From positions 5,177 to 69,176 of the forward strand of contig ONXS01000002.1 of assembly GCA_900321855.1 (NCBI GenBank): a DNA stretch of 64,000 bases, in the 5' to 3' direction. This DNA comes from an uncultured Eubacteriales bacterium (GTDB taxonomy: Bacteria; Bacillota; Clostridia; Lachnospirales; Lachnospiraceae). Shown piece by piece: positions 49,832-60,208 of this stretch. Positions within the stretch are counted from its first letter, which is position 1; each line of letters opens with the position of its first letter. The translations under genes and the position numbers were made by a program. The notes beneath the pieces are model-generated. The model made no database searches. It was given only the letters and a program-made list of their open reading frames with translations, and was not told where the DNA came from.

Positions 49832-50818
49832 CTATCTGCGGCGTAAATCATCTCCCACAACCTTGAGAAATTTATAATCTCCGAAAAGACGGGAGGAAAT
49901 ACGTTCCGAATACCTGCCTGTCATTTCTTTCGGATTTAGATTGGATGAGATAATAATTGATTTATTTGCAAGCTGTCTTTCGTTTATAATGTTGAAAAAT
50001 ACAGAATTGATGAATGAATTATTTATCTCTGTACCAAGATCATCGATGATGAGCAAATCACAGTCTTTGAAATATTGTTCCTGAATTTTTGCATCCTCAT
50101 CATTTTTAAATTCTGCCAGAGAGAGAATATCAAAAAAATCAATGGCAGAAATATAAATAACCGAGAATGTGCGTTCAATTAACTCTTTGGCGATACAGTG
50201 TGTGAGAAATGTTTTTCCGACACCGGTCAGACCAAACAGTACAAGATTTGTGACCTTTGGCGAATGATTGCCAAAAGTATCAATATATTTCTTGATTTCA
50301 CTGAGAATTTTCTGCATATTCTGTCTTGGAGTCTGATTGGTGACAGAATCCGTCACATTATCCGCGTAATAATCCAGTTTAAAAGTAGAAAAGTTTTCTT
50401 TCTGTAAAATATCTTCCAAGTGAGATTGCTTGTACAATAAATCAATGGCAGCTTTTTTGAAACAGTGACAGCGCTCATTTTCTATAAAGCCGGTATCTTT
50501 GCAGTCTGGACATGTATAGTGTATTTCCAAATAGTCGGAAGGATAACCGTTTTGTTTTAACAGATTGGCTTTTTCCTCGCGTAATTCATGAATCTGTTCC
50601 TTAAAACGAGCCATCTCTTTTTGAACATCTCCACCAGATAAGATTAATGACTTACTTGTCGCAAGAGAAAGAGAGGATATTGTATCTGTAATTTCCTTGA
50701 TGCGTGGAATTTTTTGGTAAACCTCCTCGATATGCTCCGTTTGTTTTCTCTTTGCAGAAAATTCCTGACGATTGTAGGAACGCATAATCGTGTCATATTG
50801 AGCATTTGTTAGAGACAT
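49832..50818 (-). CDS. DnaC/DnaI-like helicase loader ATPase
   Basis: CPDCKDTGF..CHC zinc motif, GLTGVGKT, LLIIDDLGTE, ERISSRL. Confidence 0.9.
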   Translation of the reverse strand: MSLTNAQYDTIMRSYNRQEFSAKRKQTEHIEEVYQKIPRIKEITDTISSLSLATSKSLILSGGDVQKEMARFKEQIHELREEKANLLKQNGYPSDYLEIHYTCPDCKDTGFIENERCHCFKKAAIDLLYKQSHLEDILQKENFSTFKLDYYADNVTDSVTNQTPRQNMQKILSEIKKYIDTFGNHSPKVTNLVLFGLTGVGKTFLTHCIAKELIERTFSVIYISAIDFFDILSLAEFKNDEDAKIQEQYFKDCDLLIIDDLGTEINNSFINSVFFNIINERQLANKSIIISSNLNPKEMTGRYSERISSRLFGDYKFLKVVGDDLRRR

Positions 50819-50859
50819 AGAAAGTTTCCTCCTTCTTTAAATGGTATGTTGGTTTGATG

Positions 50860-51969
50860 TTATTCATCCTGATTGGAATCAGTCTGATTTGACCTTTGTA
50901 AAAGCATTTTTTCCAAAGAGTCAGAATCTTCGGACATATTACGCTGGTCAAAATTATTGAAACTGTTTTTCGATGGTGATGCAGGTTTTGGAGTGGCATT
51001 TTTTTTCTTATTGGCACGCGCCAAATCCAACTGTTCAATATCCTTGAATGATTTTACTCCCTTTTTACTCCAGTTTGAGAGAATGGAATCTGCATACTCA
51101 AAGCTTGGCTTGTGTATCGAATTCATGGTTCGGTCACAGGCATCCAAGATAATATCCATTGAAAAACCATAAGTATTTATCCACTTGATAATCATGGATT
51201 TTTCAACTTTAGCAGGATTTCTTCCATTGAGTCCAAATGCTTTCAGGACAGGATAACATGCTTTTGAAAAGAGCTCTGTAGAGGCTTGGGCCTCCTGAAC
51301 AGAAGAAATGCCCTCTTCGGCCCAGTTAATAGCAACTTTTTCAATATAATGCATGCTTCTGTGGTTGTTTTCAACGCAGTATTCAAGCAAATATTCAATT
51401 AAATCAGCATCAAAGTTCAATTCATCATAGATGAATAAAATCGTATTCACATCAGTGCTGCTGAGAGGTTTACCAATATATTTTTCTGCCATATATAAAA
51501 ATTCGCTTACATCAGGTTTTGCTCGAAAAGCGCTAATCTCATCGGAACTATAGGTTCGCTTCTTTGATTTGATACTTGATATAGTATTGAATTGTGCGAG
51601 ATTATCATTTGAAACGGGTGCAGCAGGTGTAGTTTTCGTGTTTGAGGAGATATTGGTTGTAGCAGAACCTGTTTTGCTGATTTGATTTAAGGTTATCTCT
51701 GATATATTTTCAGACGAATCAAATTGCAGCTGGATTACTCCTAGCTTTTGCCAGTATTTCAGAGCACGAACAATGTCATTTTCTGTGTAGTCAAAAATAT
51801 CTGCAATCTTGTTCACAGAGAAATCTGAGTTAGAAGAAATAGCTTTTAGCAGATATAGATAGACTTTCACATATTCTCCTCGTGCCTCCGGCATATAGTA
51901 ATCGAGAAATTCGTAGGGAACAAGGATATCCCTTGTAATATTTGTTGATTTTAACTTTATAGAAGTCAT
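50860..51969 (-). CDS. DnaD-domain replication protein
   Basis: YVKVYLYL, ALKYW, two DnaD domains (YIEKVAINW, YADSILSNW). Confidence 0.9.
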   Translation of the reverse strand: MTSIKLKSTNITRDILVPYEFLDYYMPEARGEYVKVYLYLLKAISSNSDFSVNKIADIFDYTENDIVRALKYWQKLGVIQLQFDSSENISEITLNQISKTGSATTNISSNTKTTPAAPVSNDNLAQFNTISSIKSKKRTYSSDEISAFRAKPDVSEFLYMAEKYIGKPLSSTDVNTILFIYDELNFDADLIEYLLEYCVENNHRSMHYIEKVAINWAEEGISSVQEAQASTELFSKACYPVLKAFGLNGRNPAKVEKSMIIKWINTYGFSMDIILDACDRTMNSIHKPSFEYADSILSNWSKKGVKSFKDIEQLDLARANKKKNATPKPASPSKNSFNNFDQRNMSEDSDSLEKMLLQRSNQTDSNQDE

Positions 51970-52095
51970 CTTCTGAATTCACCTCATTTATTGTTTGTGT
52001 TTGCAGTATCTGTATTATAATTTTGGCTTTTAACCTTGATACAACAATTATATCATAATCAAAAAAAAAAGCTAGAGACGTCACTTCCAAAACGA

Positions 52096-52279
52096 TGTGA
52101 ATAAGTTACACACATAAATGATGTGGATAATGTGGATAATGTGGAAGGAAATTAGACACATTTTGGAAAGTATTGAAAATATAGGAAAAAACGAAAATGG
52201 TGGATAACTTAAAAATAAAAAGAAATCCACAGCGTTATCCCCAAAAAATGGTGGATAAAGCTGTGGATAATGTGGATAA
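52096..52279. promoter_or_regulatory. DnaA-box cluster
   Basis: Perfect TGTGGATAA at 52122, 52131, 52262, 52271; one-mismatch boxes at 52096, 52199, 52235, 52250. Confidence 0.9.
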
Positions 52280-52282
52280 CTT

Positions 52283-53677
52283 TTACTTGACGAGATTTTC
52301 TCCTATTAAAACAACGTTTCCGGCGCCCATAGTTATCAACAAGTCGCCGTGGATACATTTTTTTTGTAAAAATTTTTCAATCTCCTCAAAAGTGTCAATA
52401 TAAGTCACATTTTTGTGTCCAAGTTTTTCAATTTCCTGACGCAGTGTATCAGAACTGATGCCTAAATCATCTGTTTCTCTGGCTGCATAAATTTTTGCAA
52501 GTACAATATTGTCTGCAAGAGATAAGGCTTTGGCGAATTCACTCATCAAAGATTTGGTTCTTGTGTATGTATGAGGCTGGAAAACAACCCACAGATTATT
52601 GTGTGGATAAGTTTTGGCAGTCTTTAGAGTTGCCTCGATTTCATCTGGATGATGAGCGTAGTCGTCAATGACGGTCACACCGTTAAACTCACCCTTGTAC
52701 TGGAAACGTCGGTCTGTTCCCTCATAGTTGTTCAGTCCTTTTACAATATATTCTGTAGGAATACCAATAGATTTACATGTGGCAAATGCAGCGAGGGCAT
52801 TGAGCACATTGTGCAGACCGGGTACTTTTAAAGAAACAGTGGTCTTATCAGAACCGTTCACAACATCAAAAGTTGCACAGGCGACTTTATTATAGGTAAT
52901 ATTTTCTGGATAGAAATCAGATTTTTCTGCATCTAATCCAAATGTGAGATATTTGGATTTTAATCCATCTGTGAAATAATTTACATCATCAACCTCACTG
53001 TTGATAATCAGAGTTCCGTTCTCATCGAGATTATCTGCAAATGTTCGGAAACTGTGTCTAATATCGTCAATATCTTTGAAGAAATCAAGGTGGTCTTCTC
53101 TGACATTTAAGATAATATTTACATTTGAAATCAGAGATAAGAAACTGTTTGTATACTCACATGCTTCTGTGACAAAGTAATCAGAGTGTCCAATTCGGAA
53201 ATTGCCGCCAATTGAGTGGAGGATACCACCGACTGAGATGGTAGGGTCACATTCATAAGCTAACATAATCTCTGAAATCATCGAGGTTGTCGTAGTTTTT
53301 CCGTGTGTTCCTGCAACAGAGATTGCTGTTTTATATTTTGACATCACAAGACCGAGAAGTTCGGCCCTTGTCATACATGCAATATCTTTTTCTCTTGCGG
53401 CCATAAGTTCCGGATTGTCATCTTTGATAGCGGCAGTGTAGACAACATATGAAATATCATCTGTAATATTGTCGGCGCTGTGTTCGTGAATAACAGTGGC
53501 ACCTAAGCTTTCGAGCTTGTTTGTAATATCAGTTGTATTTCTGTCAGAACCAGATACGGTATATCCTTTGTCTAATAAAAGTTCAGCGAGTCCGCTCATG
53601 CTGATTCCGCCGATACCGATAAAATGAACATGACAAGGCTGGTTTATAACATCTTGAATCTTTTTCAAAAAAATCAT
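52283..53677 (-). CDS. murC: UDP-N-acetylmuramate--L-alanine ligase
   Basis: HFIGIGGISMSGLA, AGTHGKTTTT, DDYAHHP, FQPHTYTRT. Confidence 0.97.
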   Translation of the reverse strand: MIFLKKIQDVINQPCHVHFIGIGGISMSGLAELLLDKGYTVSGSDRNTTDITNKLESLGATVIHEHSADNITDDISYVVYTAAIKDDNPELMAAREKDIACMTRAELLGLVMSKYKTAISVAGTHGKTTTTSMISEIMLAYECDPTISVGGILHSIGGNFRIGHSDYFVTEACEYTNSFLSLISNVNIILNVREDHLDFFKDIDDIRHSFRTFADNLDENGTLIINSEVDDVNYFTDGLKSKYLTFGLDAEKSDFYPENITYNKVACATFDVVNGSDKTTVSLKVPGLHNVLNALAAFATCKSIGIPTEYIVKGLNNYEGTDRRFQYKGEFNGVTVIDDYAHHPDEIEATLKTAKTYPHNNLWVVFQPHTYTRTKSLMSEFAKALSLADNIVLAKIYAARETDDLGISSDTLRQEIEKLGHKNVTYIDTFEEIEKFLQKKCIHGDLLITMGAGNVVLIGENLVK

Positions 53678-53840
53678 TCCTTTCTTATTAACATATGGTT
53701 TATCGTTTTGTTTTTGATTAGTTCCATTATATCAGAATACAAGTAAAAGAAAAGTGTCTATTTGATTTTTTTGCCTGCCTCTGATATAGTTGTATCTACG
53801 GATTGTAAGAAAGTGCGGATTGTCAGAAAGGGATAAAAAG

Positions 53841-54257
53841 ATGAATAAAGATGTAATTGTTGATATAAAAGGAAAACATGATAATGGTAATAATGAAGAG
53901 ATTCACCTTAGTGGAAACGGAAGTTATCATATGGAACATGGAGTTCATTTTGTGAAATTTGAGCATATATTTGAGGGGAGTGACAAACCTACCAGAAATT
54001 TTCTGAAAATTGATGGAAATAGGGTGGAACTCAAACGATTTGGCACTGGAGCCTCACATATGATTTTTGAAAAAGGCAATGTCAATTATACACATTATCA
54101 GACGGCACTTGGCGTTCTTGATACAGGCTTTGACACGAAGGAAATTCAGATAGAAGAGGAAGATGACAAAATTGTGGTAAAAATCAGGTACCATATCGTC
54201 ATGGATGGGGAAAAAATCTCTGCCTCTGATATAGAGATAAAGATTTCAAATCATTAA
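53841..54257 (+). CDS. DUF1934-family beta-barrel protein (YwiB-like)
   Basis: LKI...VELKRFG..SHMIFEKG....YQTALG pattern. Confidence 0.8.
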   Translation: MNKDVIVDIKGKHDNGNNEEIHLSGNGSYHMEHGVHFVKFEHIFEGSDKPTRNFLKIDGNRVELKRFGTGASHMIFEKGNVNYTHYQTALGVLDTGFDTKEIQIEEEDDKIVVKIRYHIVMDGEKISASDIEIKISNH

Positions 54258-54286
54258 AAATACCACCTTTTCAGGTGGCATTTTTT
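54256..54286. terminator. Bidirectional terminator
   Basis: AAAAATACCACC-TTTTCA-GGTGGCATTTTTT. Confidence 0.7.
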
Positions 54287-54287
54287 C

Positions 54288-54761
54288 TTACTTTTTCTTA
54301 TTTTCTTTCGCTTTCTGTTTTGCGAGTTTCTTCTCTGCCTTTAATTCTGCCTTTGTCTTAGGTGGTTCAGCGACAGGACCCCTAATTCTCTTAGCTGATA
54401 ACACATAGATACCAGCGACATCGGCCTTAATCTCCTGCTTTGGAAGTACGTTTTTGAATACTTCTTCGTCTGCGATGAAAGACATAACTCTTGGACCGAC
54501 TTTTACTTTGAGAACTGGCATTTTTGCTCTTTTTACCATTTTAGGAAGGTTTTCTGTAACAACCTTTGGTAAATTAGCCTCTGTCAGCTTCATCTTTTTC
54601 TTGTCAATAATATATAGTGTCATAACCTGAGACTGCTGCATCATAGAAGCACGTTGCTCATCTGATTTCTTTTTTGTTTTCTGACCAACAAAGTATAAAA
54701 CAATTGCCAGAACAATTAACACAGCAAGAATGATTGCAGTGACAATAAACAATGTTTTCAT
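54288..54761 (-). CDS. Hypothetical membrane-anchored basic protein
   Basis: N-terminal TM, IIDKKKMKL.EANLP..., KVKVGP; GGAGG RBS. Confidence 0.75.
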   Translation of the reverse strand: MKTLFIVTAIILAVLIVLAIVLYFVGQKTKKKSDEQRASMMQQSQVMTLYIIDKKKMKLTEANLPKVVTENLPKMVKRAKMPVLKVKVGPRVMSFIADEEVFKNVLPKQEIKADVAGIYVLSAKRIRGPVAEPPKTKAELKAEKKLAKQKAKENKKK

Positions 54762-54902
54762 AAAAAATTATCCTCCATAAAAAATAAAAACTAAAAATAT
54801 ATGTTAAAATATGTACTCCAATAAGGAATAATTATGTTAATTAAGTTACATTCTAACATTGATGACATAAAATTACAATTATTTTTTGTATCTTATTAAT
54901 TG

Positions 54903-55625
54903 TTATAAAACATGTTCATCTAACATATGCTGAATTTGTTCCTGTGCATATGCACCGATAAATTTTTTCTCTTCTTTGGAAAGTTCCTTTGTGTAAATTG
55001 GAGCCCCAAATTCGATGGTAACTTTTCCGGATTTTAATTTTGGAAAATGATTTTCTAAAATGTCTGCTGTTCCAGTCATGGCAACAGGAACAATAATACC
55101 TGTTGATTTTTCTGCCATTTTCATACTGCCCTCTTTAAAAGGGAGCATCTTTCCGTCTTTAGAGCGTGTGCCCTCTGGAAATACGAACATAGAAACACCT
55201 GATTTAATATAGTCGGCAGCTTTTAAGATGGTTTTGAGTCCTTCTCGCACATTTGATCTGTCTAAGAACAGACAGTTGACATAGTACATCCAGATGTTGA
55301 GAAGAGGAACTTTTTTAATCTCGATTTTTGCAATAAATCCCATAACTTTTGGAATTGTCACATAAGATACAAGAATATCAAAAAAACTGTTATGATTTCC
55401 GACAAACAGACAGGCCTCGTCAGGAATATTTTCTTTGCCTTTTACCGTGAGTTTTACTCCAGTTAAAAATAGAATGATGCGAAACGCACAGACTACAATG
55501 GCATGGCTGCTTACATCTCTTGCATGTTTGCTGAACTTTCCAACAATCCATTCAATGAGAAATAGCGGAAGACTGATAATAAAGAAAATTATCAGAAATA
55601 ATACTACTAGAATTAATCGAATCAT
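54903..55625 (-). CDS. plsC: 1-acyl-sn-glycerol-3-phosphate acyltransferase
   Basis: NHNSFFD (HxxxxD), FPEGTRS, IVPV. Confidence 0.92.
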   Translation of the reverse strand: MIRLILVVLFLIIFFIISLPLFLIEWIVGKFSKHARDVSSHAIVVCAFRIILFLTGVKLTVKGKENIPDEACLFVGNHNSFFDILVSYVTIPKVMGFIAKIEIKKVPLLNIWMYYVNCLFLDRSNVREGLKTILKAADYIKSGVSMFVFPEGTRSKDGKMLPFKEGSMKMAEKSTGIIVPVAMTGTADILENHFPKLKSGKVTIEFGAPIYTKELSKEEKKFIGAYAQEQIQHMLDEHVL

Positions 55626-55940
55626 ATTGAACCTCGCATTTAAAATAATATATAAATGATATTATAAAAGTAATTTTTTTTCAATGGTTTGCATAAAAAG
55701 ATTGCAAAGTGTGAAAAAATCTTATATGATATAGAATATGTGGGTTGCCTTGAGTGGAAGTTATTGGACTTTGAATCGGGGTTACATTCGTTTTAAATTT
55801 TGAGAGTGCGAAACACAAAAAGAGTCGTATCGTGGTCAGGAGCAGATGTTTTTGACTCTGATATGGTTAAATATGTTATCATAATTAAAATTACTATAAA
55901 ATATTAAGAAAGAAAAGAATCAAAGGAGTTACATTGTATT

Positions 55941-57197
55941 ATGAAGGAAATGAAAGATATTACAATTGCAGTTGCAGGAACCGGATATGTGGGACTTAGT
56001 ATTGCCACACTGTTATCACAGCATCACAAAGTATATGCAGTCGACATTATTCCAGAGAAAGTGGAATTAATTAATAACAGAAAGTCTCCAATTCAGGATG
56101 ACTATATTGAGAAATATTTAGCAGAAAAGGATTTGGATTTAGAGGCAACTTTAGATGGTGAAAAGGCTTATAAAGAGGCAGATATTGTTGTAATTGCTGC
56201 ACCAACAAATTATGACAGCAAGACACAGCACTTTGACACATCAGCAGTAGAGGCAGTAATTAATCTTGTTATGAAAACAAATCAGGATGCAATCATGATT
56301 ATCAAATCGACAATCCCTGTAGGATATACAAAACAGATTCGAGAGAAAACAGGAAGTAAAAATATCATCTTCAGTCCTGAATTTTTGAGAGAGTCAAAGG
56401 CATTATATGATAATCTGTATCCAAGCAGAATTATCGTTGGTACAGATATGGAAGACGAGAAACTGGTAGAGGCAGCTCATCTTTTTGCGGCATTGTTACA
56501 GGAAGGCGCAATTAAAGAAGATATTGATACTTTATTTATGGGATTTACAGAGGCTGAGGCTGTGAAGTTATTTGCAAACACATACCTTGCACTCAGAGTT
56601 TCTTACTTCAATGAGTTAGATACTTATGCTGAGATGAAGGGATTGAATACAAAACAGATTATTGACGGAATCTGTCTGGATCCAAGAATCGGAACACATT
56701 ACAACAATCCGTCATTTGGATATGGTGGTTACTGTCTGCCAAAGGATACAAAGCAGTTGCTTGCAAACTACAAAGATGTACCAGAGAACTTAATTGAGGC
56801 GATTGTTGAGAGTAACCGCACAAGAAAAGATTTCATTGCAGACAGAGTTTTGAATACTGCCGGCTATTATGCGTATGATGAGGATGACGATTACGATCCT
56901 AAGATGGAGAAGAAAGTTGTCATCGGTGTTTACAGACTTACAATGAAGAGTAATTCGGACAACTTCAGACAGAGTTCAATTCAGGGTGTTATGAAGAGAA
57001 TTAAGGCAAAAGGTGCAGAAGTGGTTATTTATGAGCCAACACTTGAGGACGGAGCAACATTCTTCGGAAGTAAAGTGGTAAACGACCTTGCGAAGTTTAA
57101 AGAGATGAGTCAGGGAATCATTGCCAACCGATATGACAGTGAGTTAGATGACGTGAGAGAGAAAGTATATACAAGAGATATTTTCCAGAGAGATTAA
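55941..57197 (+). CDS. ugd: UDP-glucose 6-dehydrogenase
   Basis: [28 protein letters not shown]. Confidence 0.95.
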   Translation: MKEMKDITIAVAGTGYVGLSIATLLSQHHKVYAVDIIPEKVELINNRKSPIQDDYIEKYLAEKDLDLEATLDGEKAYKEADIVVIAAPTNYDSKTQHFDTSAVEAVINLVMKTNQDAIMIIKSTIPVGYTKQIREKTGSKNIIFSPEFLRESKALYDNLYPSRIIVGTDMEDEKLVEAAHLFAALLQEGAIKEDIDTLFMGFTEAEAVKLFANTYLALRVSYFNELDTYAEMKGLNTKQIIDGICLDPRIGTHYNNPSFGYGGYCLPKDTKQLLANYKDVPENLIEAIVESNRTRKDFIADRVLNTAGYYAYDEDDDYDPKMEKKVVIGVYRLTMKSNSDNFRQSSIQGVMKRIKAKGAEVVIYEPTLEDGATFFGSKVVNDLAKFKEMSQGIIANRYDSELDDVREKVYTRDIFQRD

Positions 57198-57293
57198 TCA
57201 ACTATTGATTGAAAAAAGTCCCGAAAAGTTTTAAAATAGAAGTAATCAAGTCGCTGTTGCGATAGCGAATACTATATTTAAAAAGAGAGGGAC

Positions 57294-59789
57294 GTGCTTA
57301 TGAGAAAATCAAAATTTATTTTGGGACTTGCCAGTAGCGTGTTTGCATTATCTTTTGCAATGACGGGTACAGCAAGTCTCAATGTTTATGCAGAGGAAAC
57401 CGTAACGAAGACGGTGGATGCAATTGGCGGGAATGACGGAGATACAGCAACATTAGAAGAAGTAATCACAGCTCATTCGGAAGAGGTTCGAACATATCTT
57501 TCTGTTGGGGAAACCTATACAGAAAATCAGCAAAAGGCGATTGATGCAATCGCAAATGCGTTGAATACAGGAGCAACCAGTGTACGACTTTCAAGATATG
57601 ACATTATACAGGATGATGTTGCTGAACTTTTTGCGGCAGCCAAACAGAAGAATCCGCTTGGATGGGCAGCACACAAGTCTACAAGTGGGTATTCGTGGAG
57701 TTATACCCCACAGACAGGATATGCTACTACTCTTATTTTTGAAAATGATTACACAAAGGATGAAATCAAGGCAAGATATGCAGCATTGAAGGCGAAGGTA
57801 GATGAGATTAAGGCATCTGTTCCGGAAGGACTTGAGCAGGATGAGATTGTATTATATCTTCACGACTATCTTGCTTATAATACAGCTTACGATATGATAA
57901 ATTACAAAAAGAATACACTTGGACCAGATGTATATTCTGCGTATGGTCCTTTGGTTAATGGACAGGCTGTGTGTCAGGGATATTCAGAGGCTTTCCGATT
58001 ACTCTTGAACGAATATGGCATTGAGTCAAAGATTGTTACAAGCCAGTATTTGAATCACGCATGGAATCAGGTTTATCTGAATGGAAAATGGTATCATGTC
58101 GATGTTACATGGGATGATCCAACCATGTCGAACAACACAATGGTGACATCTACAGAGGATATTTATGGTATATGTCAGCACAAAAACTTCCTTGTAGATG
58201 ATGAGACAATCATAAGTACAGGTCACAGAGAATGGGATGGCGGATTTGAGACATGTACATCAAAAGATTATATAAATACAGGAATTACAAAGGTTAATTC
58301 CAGAGCATATAAAGTAGATGGCGCATGGTATTACTTATATAATACAGCATCAGGCAATTATCTCACATCAAACGTGTATAAGACAGATGACATTTTTGGT
58401 GGAAATCTCACAGCAACAAAATTGGATGCACAGAGTGAGGCAAGTGATTACTGTCTGGGATACTACGATGGCAATTTCTACTATACGGATTTCTTCAATG
58501 GAGAAATTTGTACAGTATCAAAAGATGGTACAGGCTATAAGACAATGAAGTCTGAGATTGGCTACAATGATTTCGTAAAAGAATTAAAAGTAAGCGATAC
58601 AGGACTTATGACATATGTATATCAAGGCTCTTCAGACGAGCATACATATCAGATTCCACTTGCTCCAGAGCCAGACAAAGCGCTTGAGTTAAATGTTGCA
58701 GCAAAATTCACAGAAGTATCAAAAAACACAGTGATTAAAATTACAGCAAATGCCTCAGAGGGAAGTAAAGAAGGTTATAGATACAGATTTTCTGTAACAA
58801 ATAATCAGACAGGCAAATCAGCAAACTTAACTGAGTATCAGACAGGCAATGAGTTCTGGTGGAATTCAGGCTCTGCCGGTTCAAAAACAATTACAGTTGA
58901 AGTACAGGACAGCAAAGGAAATTATACAAAGAAATCCGTTGACATCAATGTTGTAGATTTTACATCATCAATAAAAGCTCAGTATACAAAAGTATCAAAT
59001 GGAGTGAACAATAAGATTACAGCAAATGCAGCAGGTGGTATTGGAACAAAGACATACAGATTCCGTATCAAAGATGAGGCAACAGGAAAGGTTGCAACAC
59101 TGAGAGATTATCAGGCATCAAGTGAATTTACATGGAAAACAGGTTCTAAAGGAACAAAAGTCATTTATGTAGATGTAAAAGATGCAAATGAATCAGTTGC
59201 TACATCAGCAATCAGAATTAATGTAGTTCCATTGACTGCGAACATTTCAGCACTCACAACATTAGCAGTTCCAGAATCTCTTGATGTACTCAAGGCATCA
59301 GCAGCAGGCGGAACAGGAAATTATAAGTATACATTCAGAATTAAGAACAACGATACAGGAAAGACAGCTACACTGAAAGATATTTATCAGGTAGGAAATG
59401 TTTATAACTGGAACGCAGGTCCGGCAGGTTCAAAGACATTATATGTTGATGTGACAGATGGAACAGGGGCAAAAGCTACAGCATCTGTGAATGTAACAGT
59501 TAAAAAATCAGACCTTGCAGTAAAATTGACAGCAGCAAGTACAACACCAAAGGCAAATGCAGTGAATGTTCTCACAGCAACTCCTTCTGGTGGTTCTGGA
59601 AAATATACCTATACATTCCGCATTAAAAACAATGTAACAGGAAAAACAGCTACATTAAAAGAGGTAGATCAGGTAGGAAATATTTATAACTGGAACGCAG
59701 GTCCAGCAGGTTCAAAGACGTTATATGTTGATGTGACAGACAGCACAGGTAAGAAAGTGACAGCATCAATTGACGTTACTGTAAAATAG
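57294..59789 (+). CDS. Secreted transglutaminase-like (Cys-His-Asp) protein with four C-terminal Ig-like (Y_Y_Y-type) repeats
   Basis: Signal peptide; AVCQGYSEAF, NHAWNQV, YHVDVTWDD; repeats A.GG.G.Y.Y.F...W..G..G.KT.YVDV.D. Confidence 0.85.
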   Translation: MLMRKSKFILGLASSVFALSFAMTGTASLNVYAEETVTKTVDAIGGNDGDTATLEEVITAHSEEVRTYLSVGETYTENQQKAIDAIANALNTGATSVRLSRYDIIQDDVAELFAAAKQKNPLGWAAHKSTSGYSWSYTPQTGYATTLIFENDYTKDEIKARYAALKAKVDEIKASVPEGLEQDEIVLYLHDYLAYNTAYDMINYKKNTLGPDVYSAYGPLVNGQAVCQGYSEAFRLLLNEYGIESKIVTSQYLNHAWNQVYLNGKWYHVDVTWDDPTMSNNTMVTSTEDIYGICQHKNFLVDDETIISTGHREWDGGFETCTSKDYINTGITKVNSRAYKVDGAWYYLYNTASGNYLTSNVYKTDDIFGGNLTATKLDAQSEASDYCLGYYDGNFYYTDFFNGEICTVSKDGTGYKTMKSEIGYNDFVKELKVSDTGLMTYVYQGSSDEHTYQIPLAPEPDKALELNVAAKFTEVSKNTVIKITANASEGSKEGYRYRFSVTNNQTGKSANLTEYQTGNEFWWNSGSAGSKTITVEVQDSKGNYTKKSVDINVVDFTSSIKAQYTKVSNGVNNKITANAAGGIGTKTYRFRIKDEATGKVATLRDYQASSEFTWKTGSKGTKVIYVDVKDANESVATSAIRINVVPLTANISALTTLAVPESLDVLKASAAGGTGNYKYTFRIKNNDTGKTATLKDIYQVGNVYNWNAGPAGSKTLYVDVTDGTGAKATASVNVTVKKSDLAVKLTAASTTPKANAVNVLTATPSGGSGKYTYTFRIKNNVTGKTATLKEVDQVGNIYNWNAGPAGSKTLYVDVTDSTGKKVTASIDVTVK

Positions 59790-59852
59790 TCGGGTATATA
59801 TATATTTATACCGAAAATCTATAGCTGATATATATTGTTTATATATTTAAAG

Positions 59853-59893
59853 AAGAAACTCTTATGGCGAAAATGCCGTGAGAGTTTCTTTTT
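59853..59893 (+). terminator. Intrinsic terminator
   Basis: AAGAAACTCTTATGGC-GAAAAT-GCCGTGAGAGTTTCTTTTT. Confidence 0.85.
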
Positions 59894-60208
59894 GTGTAAA
59901 ATAACCTTATAAAAGAGCGAAAAAGAGATGATATTTATGATATTGTGTAAGATTTATCGTCAAATTTACTAAATTTTTAGAAATAATTGTGTAAAAATAC
60001 ACAAAATGCTAAAAATGCTAATTTTCATTTGACTATTTTATGTAGAATGTGTATATTATACACAAAGTGCTGTACTTTGTTTTTGGGTTTGGGAGTGTTT
60101 TTTCATATCCCATATTTTTATGCCCTCAGAAACAAAGTTTAAGGAAATTAACAGTGCGTGGGAACAATCAAATAAGAAAAGAATCAGAAAGGAAGGAGAT
60201 TTCAAAAA

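Noticed and set aside
52096-52279. DnaA-box cluster as oriC
   Set aside because: No dnaA/dnaN/rpmH adjacent, no clear unwinding element or DnaA-trio run, no switch in gene orientation bias; cannot be fully excluded without whole-genome skew
55740-55870. Possible structured leader upstream of ugd
   Set aside because: Only a short AGAGTC/GACTCT pairing; no recognisable riboswitch or antitermination motif
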